Positions 29,727-39,011 of a DNA stretch of 64,000 nt are shown here, piece by piece. This DNA is from an uncultured Gemmataceae bacterium. Lineage in GTDB: Bacteria > Planctomycetota > Planctomycetia > Gemmatales > Gemmataceae. The stretch spans positions 1,440,001 to 1,504,000 of the forward strand of contig CAVVPN010000003.1 of the NCBI GenBank assembly GCA_963750165.1, in the 5' to 3' direction. The position numbers were made by a program, and so were the translations under genes. The stretch's first letter is position 1, and every line of letters begins with the position of its first letter. The notes beneath the pieces were generated by a model, which was not told the DNA's origin, did not search any database, and was given only the letters and a program-made list of their open reading frames with translations.

Positions 29727-31496
29727 GTGGCGACCGCTGCCGAACCCCAGGTCGAGAAAAAAGACAAGCGCCCCAGCACCTCGCACTTGAAGGTCGTCCC
29801 CGAGACGCGCGCGCTGCGCGACCGCGTCCGCGCCGAGGCCGCCCGCGTCGGCCAAGGCTTCGACCGCGCGCGGCCGCTCACCAAGCAAGCGCTGCAGGCG
29901 ATGGCCGAGCTGCTGCTGCGCGACATGGGGCTGGGCGAACAGTACCTCGGCTTCACGATGGTGGCGCTGTCCAACGAGTTCTGGCGCGAGCAGGTGCAGG
30001 CCATCGACTTCAAGCGCCGCCTGCTGCTGCTGCCTCACTGCCTCAAGAACGCGGAGGGCTGCCCTGCCGACTACGACGAGTTCGGCCTCGATTGCAAGAA
30101 GTGCGGCGCCTGTTCCGTCGCGGACTTCAAGGTCAAGGCGGAAGAGCTCGGCTACAAGGTGCTCGTCTCCGAGGGCACGCCCATCGTCCTGAAGATCATC
30201 GTCAGCGGCCACGTCGATGCCATCGTCGGCGTCGCCTGCCTGAACGTGCTTGAAAAGGCCATCGACAAGATATTACTGGCCGGCATCCCCTGCGTCGCGG
30301 CGCCGCTGCTGTCGAGCAACTGCCGCAGCACCAGCGTCGATGACGACTGGGTCGCCGAGCTGATCGACCTGCACGTCCCCAAGGAACAGCCGCAGACGAA
30401 GACGTATGTCCATCTGATGCGGGCGGCGAACGCCATTTGCGAGGAGCCGGAATTGTCGCGGCTGGCCCCGCGGGCGCGGGCGAAGGGGACCGACCCGCTC
30501 GCCGCTCACGAGAACATCGCTTACGACTTCCTGGGCAACGGCGGCAAGCGGTCGCGGCCGTTCATCACGCTGGCGGCTTACGACGCCCTGAAGGGGGCGC
30601 CCGGCACACGCTCGGTGGAGGGCGTGGACCTGCCCGACGCGGTGAAGCGCACCGCCCTGGCGATCGAGGCGTTCCACAAGGCGTCGCTGGTCCACGACGA
30701 CATTGAGGACGACGACACCTTCCGCTACGGCCGGGCGACGCTGCACCGCCAGCACGGCGTCGGCACGGCGATCAACGTCGGCGATTACCTGATCGGCCTC
30801 GGCTACCGCCTGGTGAGCCGCGAGCGCAAGGCCCTGGGCGGCGACTGCACCGCGGACATCCTGGACCGCCTGGCGGACGCGCACATGAAGCTGTCCGAGG
30901 GTCAGGGGGCGGAATTGCTCTGGCGCGACGCCCGCGACAAGACGCTGACGGCCCTGGACGCATTGAAGATGTACGCGCTGAAGACGGCGCCGGCGTTCGA
31001 GGCGGCGCTGTACGCAGGGCTGCGGTGCGCGGGGCCGACGGAGCCATATGACAAGCTGGTGGTCGAGTTCAGCCGGCACCTGGGCATCGCCTTCCAGATT
31101 TTGAACGACCTGAAGGACTGGCAGCCGGACGAGGACAACAAGCTGCTGGCGGGTCAGGACGTGCTGGCGGCCCGGCCGACGCTGCTGCTGGCGCTGGCGC
31201 TGGAGGGCTCGGCGCCGGCGGAGCGGGCGGAACTGCTGGCGCTGCTGCACGACGCCGGCGGCGAACGCGCGGCCCGGCTCGAACAGGTGCGCCGCATCTT
31301 TTTCAAGGCGCAGGTCTTCGACAAGGCGGACAAGCTGGTCGAAAAATACCGGGCGCGGGCGGAGGCCCTGGCGGACGCAGTGGAGCCGACGGAGTTGCGC
31401 GAGCTGCTGTATTACCTCATCGATTCGGTGCTGGAGCGGCAGGCGCTGCCGGTGGCGGAAACGGGGATCGTCCAGATCGTGCAACTGGGAGCATGA
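29727..31496 (+). CDS. DUF116 + polyprenyl diphosphate synthase fusion
   Basis: Cys-rich LPHCL..C..CKKCGAC..GVACL..NC N-domain; GGKRSRP, HDDIED (FARM), GQG.EL, KTA, FQILNDLKD (variant SARM). Confidence 0.88.
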   Translation: MATAAEPQVEKKDKRPSTSHLKVVPETRALRDRVRAEAARVGQGFDRARPLTKQALQAMAELLLRDMGLGEQYLGFTMVALSNEFWREQVQAIDFKRRLLLLPHCLKNAEGCPADYDEFGLDCKKCGACSVADFKVKAEELGYKVLVSEGTPIVLKIIVSGHVDAIVGVACLNVLEKAIDKILLAGIPCVAAPLLSSNCRSTSVDDDWVAELIDLHVPKEQPQTKTYVHLMRAANAICEEPELSRLAPRARAKGTDPLAAHENIAYDFLGNGGKRSRPFITLAAYDALKGAPGTRSVEGVDLPDAVKRTALAIEAFHKASLVHDDIEDDDTFRYGRATLHRQHGVGTAINVGDYLIGLGYRLVSRERKALGGDCTADILDRLADAHMKLSEGQGAELLWRDARDKTLTALDALKMYALKTAPAFEAALYAGLRCAGPTEPYDKLVVEFSRHLGIAFQILNDLKDWQPDEDNKLLAGQDVLAARPTLLLALALEGSAPAERAELLALLHDAGGERAARLEQVRRIFFKAQVFDKADKLVEKYRARAEALADAVEPTELRELLYYLIDSVLERQALPVAETGIVQIVQLGA

Positions 31497-32041
31497 GCAC
31501 ACAACCGAACCTGACGAACCCGGACACGCGCGGCCTGTTCGGCCTGTTCCCGCAGGCCGAGTACCTGGCCTACGCGGAACTGGTGTCCGACGAGCAGGTG
31601 CCCGAGCCGTACCACGGCCTGCTGGTCCACGAACACCACATGACGGTCACGGTCGAGCAGTTCCACGGCAGTCCGGTGGACGTGCGTGTGTTACAGCAAT
31701 ACCGCGGCCAGAACGCTTACGCTCGCAAGATTCTGCTGGAAACGCAGCGCGACCGCCGCGTTGTCATGTTCGGCCTGGTGCGGATTCACCTGCGTTTCTG
31801 CAATGACGAGGTGCGGGCGGAGATTCTGTCCGGGCAAATCCCGCTGGGCCGCGTGCTCATCAACCACGACATTTTGCGCCGCATCGAGCCGACCGCGTTC
31901 GTGCGGGTGGTGCCGGGGCCGGGCCTGATGGAGTGGTTCGGCCTGCCGCGGCCGCGCCCGACCTACGGCCGGCTGGCGACGATTCATTGCGACAATTACC
32001 CGGCGGTGGAGTTGCTGGAGATCGTGGCTCCTGAACCATAG
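31493..32041 (+). CDS. Chorismate-lyase-fold (UbiC/DUF98-like) protein
   Basis: LLVHEHHMT..VE, YARKILL, ILSGQIPLGRVL pattern; ATGA overlap with the upstream gene. Confidence 0.65.
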   Translation: MSTQPNLTNPDTRGLFGLFPQAEYLAYAELVSDEQVPEPYHGLLVHEHHMTVTVEQFHGSPVDVRVLQQYRGQNAYARKILLETQRDRRVVMFGLVRIHLRFCNDEVRAEILSGQIPLGRVLINHDILRRIEPTAFVRVVPGPGLMEWFGLPRPRPTYGRLATIHCDNYPAVELLEIVAPEP

Positions 32042-32051
32042 GAGGTGCCCT

Positions 32052-32831
32052 GTGCGATTGTTCCTCACCCTGGCAATTGTGATGACGGCGGCTGGGTTGG
32101 TCCCGGCCAGCCCGCAGCAAAAACAGGACGACGCCAAACAGGCGCGAGCCCGGGTAGACGTGCAGAACCTGGAAAAGGCCGTCGCCGCCTACAAGGTGAA
32201 AAACGGGACGTTTCCGCCCAGTCTGGAAGACCTCACCCAGGGCGACAAGCCGTTCGTGGAGCCCAAGGCGCTGCTAGACCCCTGGGGCCAACGGTACCAT
32301 TACGACGCGGGCCGGTTGAACAAAAAGGGCATCCCCCACCTCTGGACAGAGGGGCCCAAGGGCGCCAAGGTCATCATCGGCAACTTCGAGCCCGGCGCGC
32401 CGAAGCAGACCACCCTCTACCAGCGCCTCGGCGAAGAAAAGGGCATTGCGAAGATTGTCGATGACCTGGTCGAAATCGTCATCGCCGACCCGAAATACCG
32501 CAAGGAACTCAAGGATCACTTCATCAAGGGCGACGTGAAGGCGCTGAAGCGCAAGCTGATCGACCAGCTCGGCGAGGCGACCGGCGGGCCGCAGAAGTAC
32601 AAGGGCAAGAACATGAAGGACGCCCACAAGGGCATGAAGATCACCAACGACGACTTCAACGCGCTCATGGACGACGTCACCAAGGCGCTCGTCAAGAACA
32701 AGGTCGAGGCGAAGGACCTGCGCGTCATCATCAAAATGCTGCAGAAGATGCGCCCGGATGTGGTCGAGGTGCCGGCGAAGTCGTCGCGGCTGGAGCGGCC
32801 GACGCTGGAAAGGGCGCCGGCCGCGGCGTAG
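32052..32831 (+). CDS. Secreted fusion: GspG-like (T2SSG) globular domain + group 1 truncated hemoglobin
   Basis: Signal peptide; AY....G.FP.SLEDL...LLDPWG..YHY; LYQRLG..GI..IVD...ATGGP.KY.GKNM..AH.GM.IT..DF. Confidence 0.8.
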   Translation: MRLFLTLAIVMTAAGLVPASPQQKQDDAKQARARVDVQNLEKAVAAYKVKNGTFPPSLEDLTQGDKPFVEPKALLDPWGQRYHYDAGRLNKKGIPHLWTEGPKGAKVIIGNFEPGAPKQTTLYQRLGEEKGIAKIVDDLVEIVIADPKYRKELKDHFIKGDVKALKRKLIDQLGEATGGPQKYKGKNMKDAHKGMKITNDDFNALMDDVTKALVKNKVEAKDLRVIIKMLQKMRPDVVEVPAKSSRLERPTLERAPAAA

Positions 32832-32891
32832 AAAAACAGCAAGCTGCCCGCCAACCCCGCCCGCCGACAACATCCCCCCGGAGTCCGCCTC

Positions 32892-34421
32892 GTGTCCACG
32901 ACCACCCCCGCCGTCACCGCCCCGCCCCCCGCGACCGGCCACCTCGGCTCGGTCACGCGCGTCCTGGTCATCGTCATCGCCTGCATCGGCTTCCTGTTCG
33001 ACACCTACGAACTGCTGATGTTTCCGGTGATCGGCTCGGACGCCATCGCCGAGCTGGAGTACCACAAGGGTGTCAGCAGCCTCACGCCCGCGGAGGCGGC
33101 CGGCGTCCGCTCCTGGGGCGGCCGCATGCTCTGGGCCGCGGCGCTGTCCGGCGGCGTCTTCGGCCTGCTCGGCGGCCTGCTGATCGACCGCCTCGGCCGC
33201 AAAACCATCATGGTCGCCAGCATCCTGGCGTACTCGCTGTCGCCGGTCGCGGCGGCGTTCAGCACGGAGCTGTGGCAATTGATCCTGTTCCGCTGCACCA
33301 CCTTCATCGGCGTCTGCGTCGAGATGGTAGCCGCGGTCACGTGGTTGACGGAGTTGTTCGAGGACAAGCGGACGCGCGAGCTGGTGATCGGCTGGACGTT
33401 GGCAACCGCGTCGCTGGGCGGCATTCTGGTGACGGAAGCGTATAACTGGATCGTGGAGGCCGCGCACGTGCCCGGCTCGCTGCCCGCCCTGCAGTTCCCC
33501 GGCGGCCACATGGCCGAAAACGTCGCCTGGCGCTTCACGTTGTTGACGGGGTTGATTCCGGGGGCAGCGATTCTATTGTTGATGCCCTTTGTCCCCGAGT
33601 CTGGCGTCTGGAAGCGCAAGAAGCAGGAAGGCACGTTGAAACGCGCCAGTTTCCGCGAACTCTTCTCGCCCGAGCTGCGGCGAACGACGCTTGTGACGAC
33701 GGTCCTGTCCGCGTGCGGTTACGCCGCGGCGTTCGGAGCGATTCAACTGACGCCGTTAATCATCGTCGCCGGGTTGCCCGACATTTCGCGGGAAGTCTCC
33801 GCTGCGACAAAGGGAGTGAAGACCGCCGAGGCCAAACTGAAGGCGGCCGGCGCGGACATCGCGAAACAGGAAGCCGCGCGTGCCCAGCTGGCGGAGGCCC
33901 GGAAAACCCAGGCGGAGGCGGCCCAGGACCTCAAGGCCCGCCGCGGCGACATTCAACGCTGGCAAGAACTCGGCGGCCTGACTGGGCGAATCCTGCTGGC
34001 AGCCCTGCTGTTGTTCGTGCCGAGCCGGTGGCTCATCCGTCTGTTTCTGATCCCGGGCGTAATCCTGTTACCCGTGACCTATTTCCAGCTCGTCCACCAG
34101 GATTACGTCATCTTCGCCACCGCCATCTTCTTCTGCGGACTGTTGACGGTGGCCCAGTTCAGTTTCCTGAGCGAATTTTTGCCAAAGGTGTTCCCGCTGC
34201 ACCTGCGCGGCACCGGCGGCAGTTTCTCGACGAATTTTGGCGGCCGGATGCTCGGCACGATGGCCGCGACGCTGAACACCGAATTCCTGTCGAAGCAGTT
34301 TTCCGGCACACCGCCGCACCAGGTGGCCATGGCAGCCGGCGTCATCGGCGGCACGGTCTACCTGATCGCGCTGCTGGCCACGTTCCTGCTGCCCGCGCCG
34401 CGGTTGGACGTGGAAAAATAG
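32892..34421 (+). CDS. MFS transporter
   Basis: FDTYE, G.LIDRLGRK motif A, FP.HLRGTG; about 12 TM segments. Confidence 0.9.
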   Translation: MSTTTPAVTAPPPATGHLGSVTRVLVIVIACIGFLFDTYELLMFPVIGSDAIAELEYHKGVSSLTPAEAAGVRSWGGRMLWAAALSGGVFGLLGGLLIDRLGRKTIMVASILAYSLSPVAAAFSTELWQLILFRCTTFIGVCVEMVAAVTWLTELFEDKRTRELVIGWTLATASLGGILVTEAYNWIVEAAHVPGSLPALQFPGGHMAENVAWRFTLLTGLIPGAAILLLMPFVPESGVWKRKKQEGTLKRASFRELFSPELRRTTLVTTVLSACGYAAAFGAIQLTPLIIVAGLPDISREVSAATKGVKTAEAKLKAAGADIAKQEAARAQLAEARKTQAEAAQDLKARRGDIQRWQELGGLTGRILLAALLLFVPSRWLIRLFLIPGVILLPVTYFQLVHQDYVIFATAIFFCGLLTVAQFSFLSEFLPKVFPLHLRGTGGSFSTNFGGRMLGTMAATLNTEFLSKQFSGTPPHQVAMAAGVIGGTVYLIALLATFLLPAPRLDVEK

Positions 34422-34496
34422 AACCCCAGGGACGGGCTATAATGATCGTGCCCGTGGTTCTGCCGCAAACGGCAGAAATTCAAGAATCCTGCTGCC

Positions 34497-35786
34497 ATGC
34501 GCATTGCCTACATCACCGCGGGCGCCGCCGGCATGTTCTGCGGCTCCTGCATGCACGACAACACGCTCGTGGCCACGCTGCGCGCCCAGGGCCACGACGC
34601 CCTGCTCATCCCGACCTACACGCCCATCCGCACCGACGAGCCTGATGTCAGCGACGCGCACATCTTCTTCGGCGGCATCAACGTCTATTTGCAGCAAAAA
34701 TTTTCGCTGTTCCGCCATACGCCGCGCTTCCTCGACCGCCTGCTCGACTTCCGGCCGCTGCTGCGCTGGGTGTCGCGCTTCGCGGTCAAGACGCAGGCCG
34801 AGGACCTGGGCGAACTGACGCTGTCGATGCTGCGCGGCGAGCACGGCCGGCAGCGCAAGGAACTGGACAAGCTGGTCCACTGGCTCGCCGACGACCTGAA
34901 ACCGGAACTCGTCAACCTGACCAACGTCATCCTGGCGGCGCTGGTGGCGCCGCTCAAGCGCCGGTTGAACATCCCCGTTTTGGGCACGCTGCAGGGCGAC
35001 GACATCTTCCTCGAATCGCTGCCGCCGCAGTACCACGGCGCCGCCCTCGATATGGTGCGCGAGCACTGCCGCGCCTTCGACGGCTTCATCGCCACCAGCG
35101 CCTATTACGCCGACTTCATGGCCGATTACCTGCAAATTCCGCGGCACAAGATCGACGTGATTCACCCGGGCCTGAACCTGCACGGCCACGGCGGGCCGCG
35201 GCCGGAGCGCAACGGCACGCCGCTGACGGTCGGTTATTTCGCCCGCATCTGCCCGGAGAAGGGCCTGCACCAGCTGGTGGACGCCTTCCGGCTGCTGCGA
35301 ACGGAAGCGGCGGCGCCGCCGTGCCGGCTGCGCGTCTCCGGCTGGCTCGGCGGCAACAACCAGCATTATTTCCAGGAACTGCAAAAACGCCTGCGCGACT
35401 GGGGCCTCGCGGACCAGGTGGAGCACGTCGAAGCGCCGGACCACGCCAGCAAGGTGCGCTTCCTGCAAAGCATCGACGTGCTCTCAGTGCCGACGACGTA
35501 CCGCGAGCCGAAGGGGCTGTACGTGCTGGAGGCGCTGGCGAACGGCACGCCGGTGGTGCAGCCGCGGCACGGCTCGTTCCCCGAACTGATCGAGGCGACG
35601 GGAGGCGGCCTCCTGGTGCAGCCGGACGACCCCGCGGACCTGGCACGCGGCCTGCGCGAGCTGCTCAGCGACCACAGACTGCGGGCGGACCTGGGCCGCA
35701 AGGGCCAGGCGGCGGTGCGCGAACGCTTCACGGCCGAGGCGATGGCCCAACAAACCGAGCAAGTCTATCGGAAATATCTGCCATGA
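34497..35786 (+). CDS. Glycosyltransferase family 4 protein with N-terminal CxxC
   Basis: GMFCGSCMHDN; ARICPEKG; EPKGLYVLEALANG.PVV. Confidence 0.9.
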   Translation: MRIAYITAGAAGMFCGSCMHDNTLVATLRAQGHDALLIPTYTPIRTDEPDVSDAHIFFGGINVYLQQKFSLFRHTPRFLDRLLDFRPLLRWVSRFAVKTQAEDLGELTLSMLRGEHGRQRKELDKLVHWLADDLKPELVNLTNVILAALVAPLKRRLNIPVLGTLQGDDIFLESLPPQYHGAALDMVREHCRAFDGFIATSAYYADFMADYLQIPRHKIDVIHPGLNLHGHGGPRPERNGTPLTVGYFARICPEKGLHQLVDAFRLLRTEAAAPPCRLRVSGWLGGNNQHYFQELQKRLRDWGLADQVEHVEAPDHASKVRFLQSIDVLSVPTTYREPKGLYVLEALANGTPVVQPRHGSFPELIEATGGGLLVQPDDPADLARGLRELLSDHRLRADLGRKGQAAVRERFTAEAMAQQTEQVYRKYLP

Positions 35787-36199
35787 GTGAGCCGTTCCGC
35801 ACGTCGCGCCGTGTTGAGTTCGTGGACACGGACATGGCCGGCATCGTCCACTTCTCGAACTTTTTCCGCTGGATGGAGTCGGCGGAGCTGGACTTCCTGA
35901 AGGCGCGCGGCCTGACCTTCAAGTGGGAGCAGGACGGACTGGCGCTCGGGCTGCCGCGCGTGTCGGCGTCGTGCGACTACCTGAAGCCGGTGCGCTTCGA
36001 CGACACGCTGGACATCGCGGTGCTGCTGGAGAAGCTCGGCCGCACGTCGCTGACGTACGGCTTCGAGTTCAGCGTGCATGGCGAGCTGGTGGCGCGCGGC
36101 CGGCTCAGCTGCGTGTGCTGCCGCAGCCTGCCGGGCAACCGCCTGGAGCCGACCGAGATCCCCGCGGCGCTGCGGGCGAAGCTGACGACGCTCGCGTAA
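35783..36199 (+). CDS. Acyl-CoA thioesterase (4HBT/YbgC hot-dog fold)
   Basis: DTDMAGIVHFSNFFRWME; ATGA overlap with GT4. Confidence 0.9.
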   Translation: MSEPFRTSRRVEFVDTDMAGIVHFSNFFRWMESAELDFLKARGLTFKWEQDGLALGLPRVSASCDYLKPVRFDDTLDIAVLLEKLGRTSLTYGFEFSVHGELVARGRLSCVCCRSLPGNRLEPTEIPAALRAKLTTLA

Positions 36200-36214
36200 A
36201 GAGAAAAGAACCGT

Positions 36215-36496
36215 TCAGGCCGCGATCACCAGCCCTCTCGGGGCACCATTCCGGAGGAACGCCTTGACCGCATCGGACTCTCCGGCGGCGGCGTTCTCCA
36301 GGGTTTCGACCTCGCAGGGTCCCAGTACTTCGACGCCAAGGAGCAGGCCGTCCGGGTCGTAATCGGCGTTGACCACGCCGCCTTTGATTTCGCGCGTCCG
36401 CGCCACTTTCCCGTCCCGCACGCGCAGGTTTACGGCCATGATGCGGCCGCTCTCCTGGTCGAAGGAGGCTTCCAGGCGAAAATCAGGCTTGGTCAT
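36215..36496 (-). CDS. DUF2283-like small protein (possible orphan antitoxin)
   Basis: AAGGAG RBS; VARTREI...V.ADYD.DG.LLGVEVL. Confidence 0.75.
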   Translation of the reverse strand: MTKPDFRLEASFDQESGRIMAVNLRVRDGKVARTREIKGGVVNADYDPDGLLLGVEVLGPCEVETLENAAAGESDAVKAFLRNGAPRGLVIAA

Positions 36497-36625
36497 TCCC
36501 GGTCTCCTTTTCGGTTCGCCAGGTCGTGACGACGACGAGCTGCAAACGGCCGAGGCAGGACAACGCCGATCCTTCCCTCCCGAGCGATTGGGCTGTTGCC
36601 TGGAAGCGAAAAGCGGTAAGTAATG

Positions 36626-36674
36626 ACCCCGTTTACGTTTCGCGCACTGACAGCACGCGAAACGTAAACGGGGT
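36626..36674. repeat. Inverted repeat ACCCCGTTTACGTTTCGCG / CGCGAAACGTAAACGGGGT, possible terminator
   Basis: 19-bp perfect stem; shares the CGTTTCGCG core with the 27814 hairpin. Confidence 0.75.
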
Positions 36675-36725
36675 TTGTTGTTAGTCGTCAATCCAGAACA
36701 ATCCCATTCACCAGCCCGTTCACCG

Positions 36726-37778
36726 TCACGATGCCGGATGGTTGAAGTCCACGACGTACGACCCGCCGGCGGTCACGTGGAGTGGCCGTGTCTGGTCCAT
36801 GGGCTGGCCATTCTGCGTCCAGTGGGCGCGCAACTGATAGGTGTACGACTGACCGGGCGTCAGCGGCGGCGACTGGTATTCGCGCTCTGCGCCGCGCTGG
36901 CGGGTCGGGCTGCCGTCGAACCAGACTTCCGCGTCTGGCGGCACGAGGATGCGGATGGCCGCGGTTGCCGGCGCCGTGGGCGCCGGGCTGACGGCCGGGT
37001 AACCGGTGCCCAGGTAGTACGGTTGATACCCCGTTGAGGAGTAGTAAGGGGTATAAGGGTAATAGCGCCTGTAGTAGGGCAGACCGTAGGACGCGCTACT
37101 GTAATAGGGCAGATAACCATAGCCAGGGACGTAGCCACCGTAGCCACCGTAGCCACCGTAGCCACCGTAGCCACCGTAACCACCGTAACCCAAACCATAG
37201 TCGCCGAAGCCGTCAAGTCCGTAGGAGCCAAGGCCGTAAAGGCCGCCATAGCCGAGAAGGCCGCCGTAGCCGAAGAGACCACCGTAGCCCAGGAGGCCAT
37301 AGCCCAGACCACCGTAGCCCAGACCACCGTAGCCCAGACCACCGTAGCCCAGACCACCGTAGCCCAGGCTGTACAGACCACCACCGTAATAACCATTGTA
37401 CACGGAGGTGCCGTAGCCAGTGTGAAGCCCCCCGCCGTGCAAGACACCGCCGCCACCGTGCAAGACACTGCCGCTGTGCAAGACACCGCCGCCACCGTGC
37501 AAGACACTGCCGCTGTGCAAGACACCGCCGCTGAACCCGCCGCCGTGGAAGCCACCGGCGTGGCCGACACCGCCGAAGCCGCCAGTGTGGCCGACACCGC
37601 CGAAGCCGCCAGTGTGACCGACACCGCCGAAGCCGCCAGCGTGGCCGACGCCGCCGAAGCCGCCAGCGTGGCCGCCGCCGTGCCCACCATGCTGGGCCAG
37701 ACTTGTCCCGGCGCCCACCAGCACCAGGACACCGGTGAGGAGACCCACACCGGCCATGCCAACCAATTGCCTGATCAT
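36726..37778 (-). CDS. Secreted Gly/Tyr/His-rich protein with C-terminal TIGR03000 domain (paralog 1)
   Basis: Signal peptide; GGFGGVGH, GGLGY and GGY repeats; VP.DAEVWFDG..T.QRG..R.Y.SPPL..G..Y.Y.LRA.W. Confidence 0.88.
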   Translation of the reverse strand: MIRQLVGMAGVGLLTGVLVLVGAGTSLAQHGGHGGGHAGGFGGVGHAGGFGGVGHTGGFGGVGHTGGFGGVGHAGGFHGGGFSGGVLHSGSVLHGGGGVLHSGSVLHGGGGVLHGGGLHTGYGTSVYNGYYGGGLYSLGYGGLGYGGLGYGGLGYGGLGYGLLGYGGLFGYGGLLGYGGLYGLGSYGLDGFGDYGLGYGGYGGYGGYGGYGGYGGYVPGYGYLPYYSSASYGLPYYRRYYPYTPYYSSTGYQPYYLGTGYPAVSPAPTAPATAAIRILVPPDAEVWFDGSPTRQRGAEREYQSPPLTPGQSYTYQLRAHWTQNGQPMDQTRPLHVTAGGSYVVDFNHPAS

Positions 37779-37851
37779 AGTACCCCCTCCACGGGCGAAG
37801 CGCACAGCGGAAAATCAAAGCTCCGCCAGAGCTTGCCTCCTCCCTTTCGCT

Positions 37852-37857
37852 ATTATA
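37852..37857 (-). promoter_or_regulatory. Perfect -10 box (TATAAT) upstream of TIGR03000 paralog 1
   Basis: TATAAT at an equivalent position upstream of both paralogs. Confidence 0.55.
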
Positions 37858-38018
37858 CGCAACGAGCTGTTCCACATTGTCCCGCAATGTCGATACGCCG
37901 CCAGAGTGCCAGGGCCCGCACCAGACATAAAGGCCATGGCCAGGCAGCACGTCCGCCTGAACGCCGGACGTACTGCCTGGCCGCTCGATTTTGAGGCAAA
38001 CCAACCACTGGGCCCAGG

Positions 38019-38933
38019 TCACGGGTTCGGGCTGTTGAAGTCCACGACGTACGACCCGCCGGCAGTCACCTGGAGCGACCGCGTCCGGTCCACGGGCTGG
38101 CCGTTCTTGGTCCAGTGAGCGCGCAACTGGTAGGTGAACGTCTGGCCGGGCGTCAGCGGCGGCGTCTGGTATTCGCGATCCGGGCCGCGCTGCTTGGTCG
38201 GACTGCCGTCGAACCAGACTTCCGCGTCCGACGGCACCAGGATGCGAATGGACGCGGCGGTCGTCGTCACGGGCGTCGGGCTGACGGTCGCGTAACTGGT
38301 GCTCGGGTAGTACGATTGATACCCCACTGCGGGGCTGTAGGTGGAGTAACTATAATAGCCGCCGTAGTAGGGCAGGCTGTAGGACGAGCCGTAATAGCTG
38401 TTATACGGATAACCGTAGCCGCCATAGTAGCCGTAGGACGGGTAACCGTAGCCATAGCCGCCAGAGCCGAGGCCGTAAAGGCCGCCAGAGCCGAGCAGAC
38501 CGCCGTAACCGAAGAGACCACCGTAGCCGAGGAGGCCATAGCCGCCATACCCCAGACCATAGCCGCCATACCCCAGACCATAGCCGTAGCCGCCATATCC
38601 CAGGCCGTAACCCCGGTTGTACAGATTGGTGCCGTAATAGCCCCGGTTGTACAGATTGGTGCCGTAATAGCCCCGGTTGTACAGGCCGCCGCGATAAATC
38701 CCCGTGTGGAGGGCACCGCCACGGAAAATCCCCGTGTGAAGGGCGCCGCCGCGGAAGCCGCCGCCGTGGAAGCCACCACCGTGGAAGCCACCCCCGTGGA
38801 AGCCGCCCCCGTGGAAGCCGCCGTGGCCGCCACCGTGCCCACCATGTTGGGCCAGGCTTGTCCCGGGGCCCACCAGCACCAGGACGCCGGCGAGCAACCC
38901 CGCGCCGGCCATGCCAATCACTCCCCTTCTCAT
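38019..38933 (-). CDS. Secreted Gly/Tyr-rich protein with C-terminal TIGR03000 domain (paralog 2)
   Basis: Same architecture as paralog 1; GGFHG and LYNRGYYGTN repeats. Confidence 0.88.
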   Translation of the reverse strand: MRRGVIGMAGAGLLAGVLVLVGPGTSLAQHGGHGGGHGGFHGGGFHGGGFHGGGFHGGGFRGGALHTGIFRGGALHTGIYRGGLYNRGYYGTNLYNRGYYGTNLYNRGYGLGYGGYGYGLGYGGYGLGYGGYGLLGYGGLFGYGGLLGSGGLYGLGSGGYGYGYPSYGYYGGYGYPYNSYYGSSYSLPYYGGYYSYSTYSPAVGYQSYYPSTSYATVSPTPVTTTAASIRILVPSDAEVWFDGSPTKQRGPDREYQTPPLTPGQTFTYQLRAHWTKNGQPVDRTRSLQVTAGGSYVVDFNSPNP

Positions 38934-39005
38934 CTTCCGTCCTCCGCGGGCGAAGAACGTGGCGAAATGTCAAAGCTCCGCCAGCACTTACCTCAATCTA
39001 TTAGA

Positions 39006-39011
39006 ATTATA
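39006..39011 (-). promoter_or_regulatory. Perfect -10 box (TATAAT) upstream of TIGR03000 paralog 2
   Basis: Matches position and downstream leader of paralog 1. Confidence 0.55.

Noticed and set aside
37120..38830. Regular short direct repeats resembling a CRISPR array
   Set aside because: Units are codon multiples without unique spacers and encode the Gly-rich protein repeats; no cas genes
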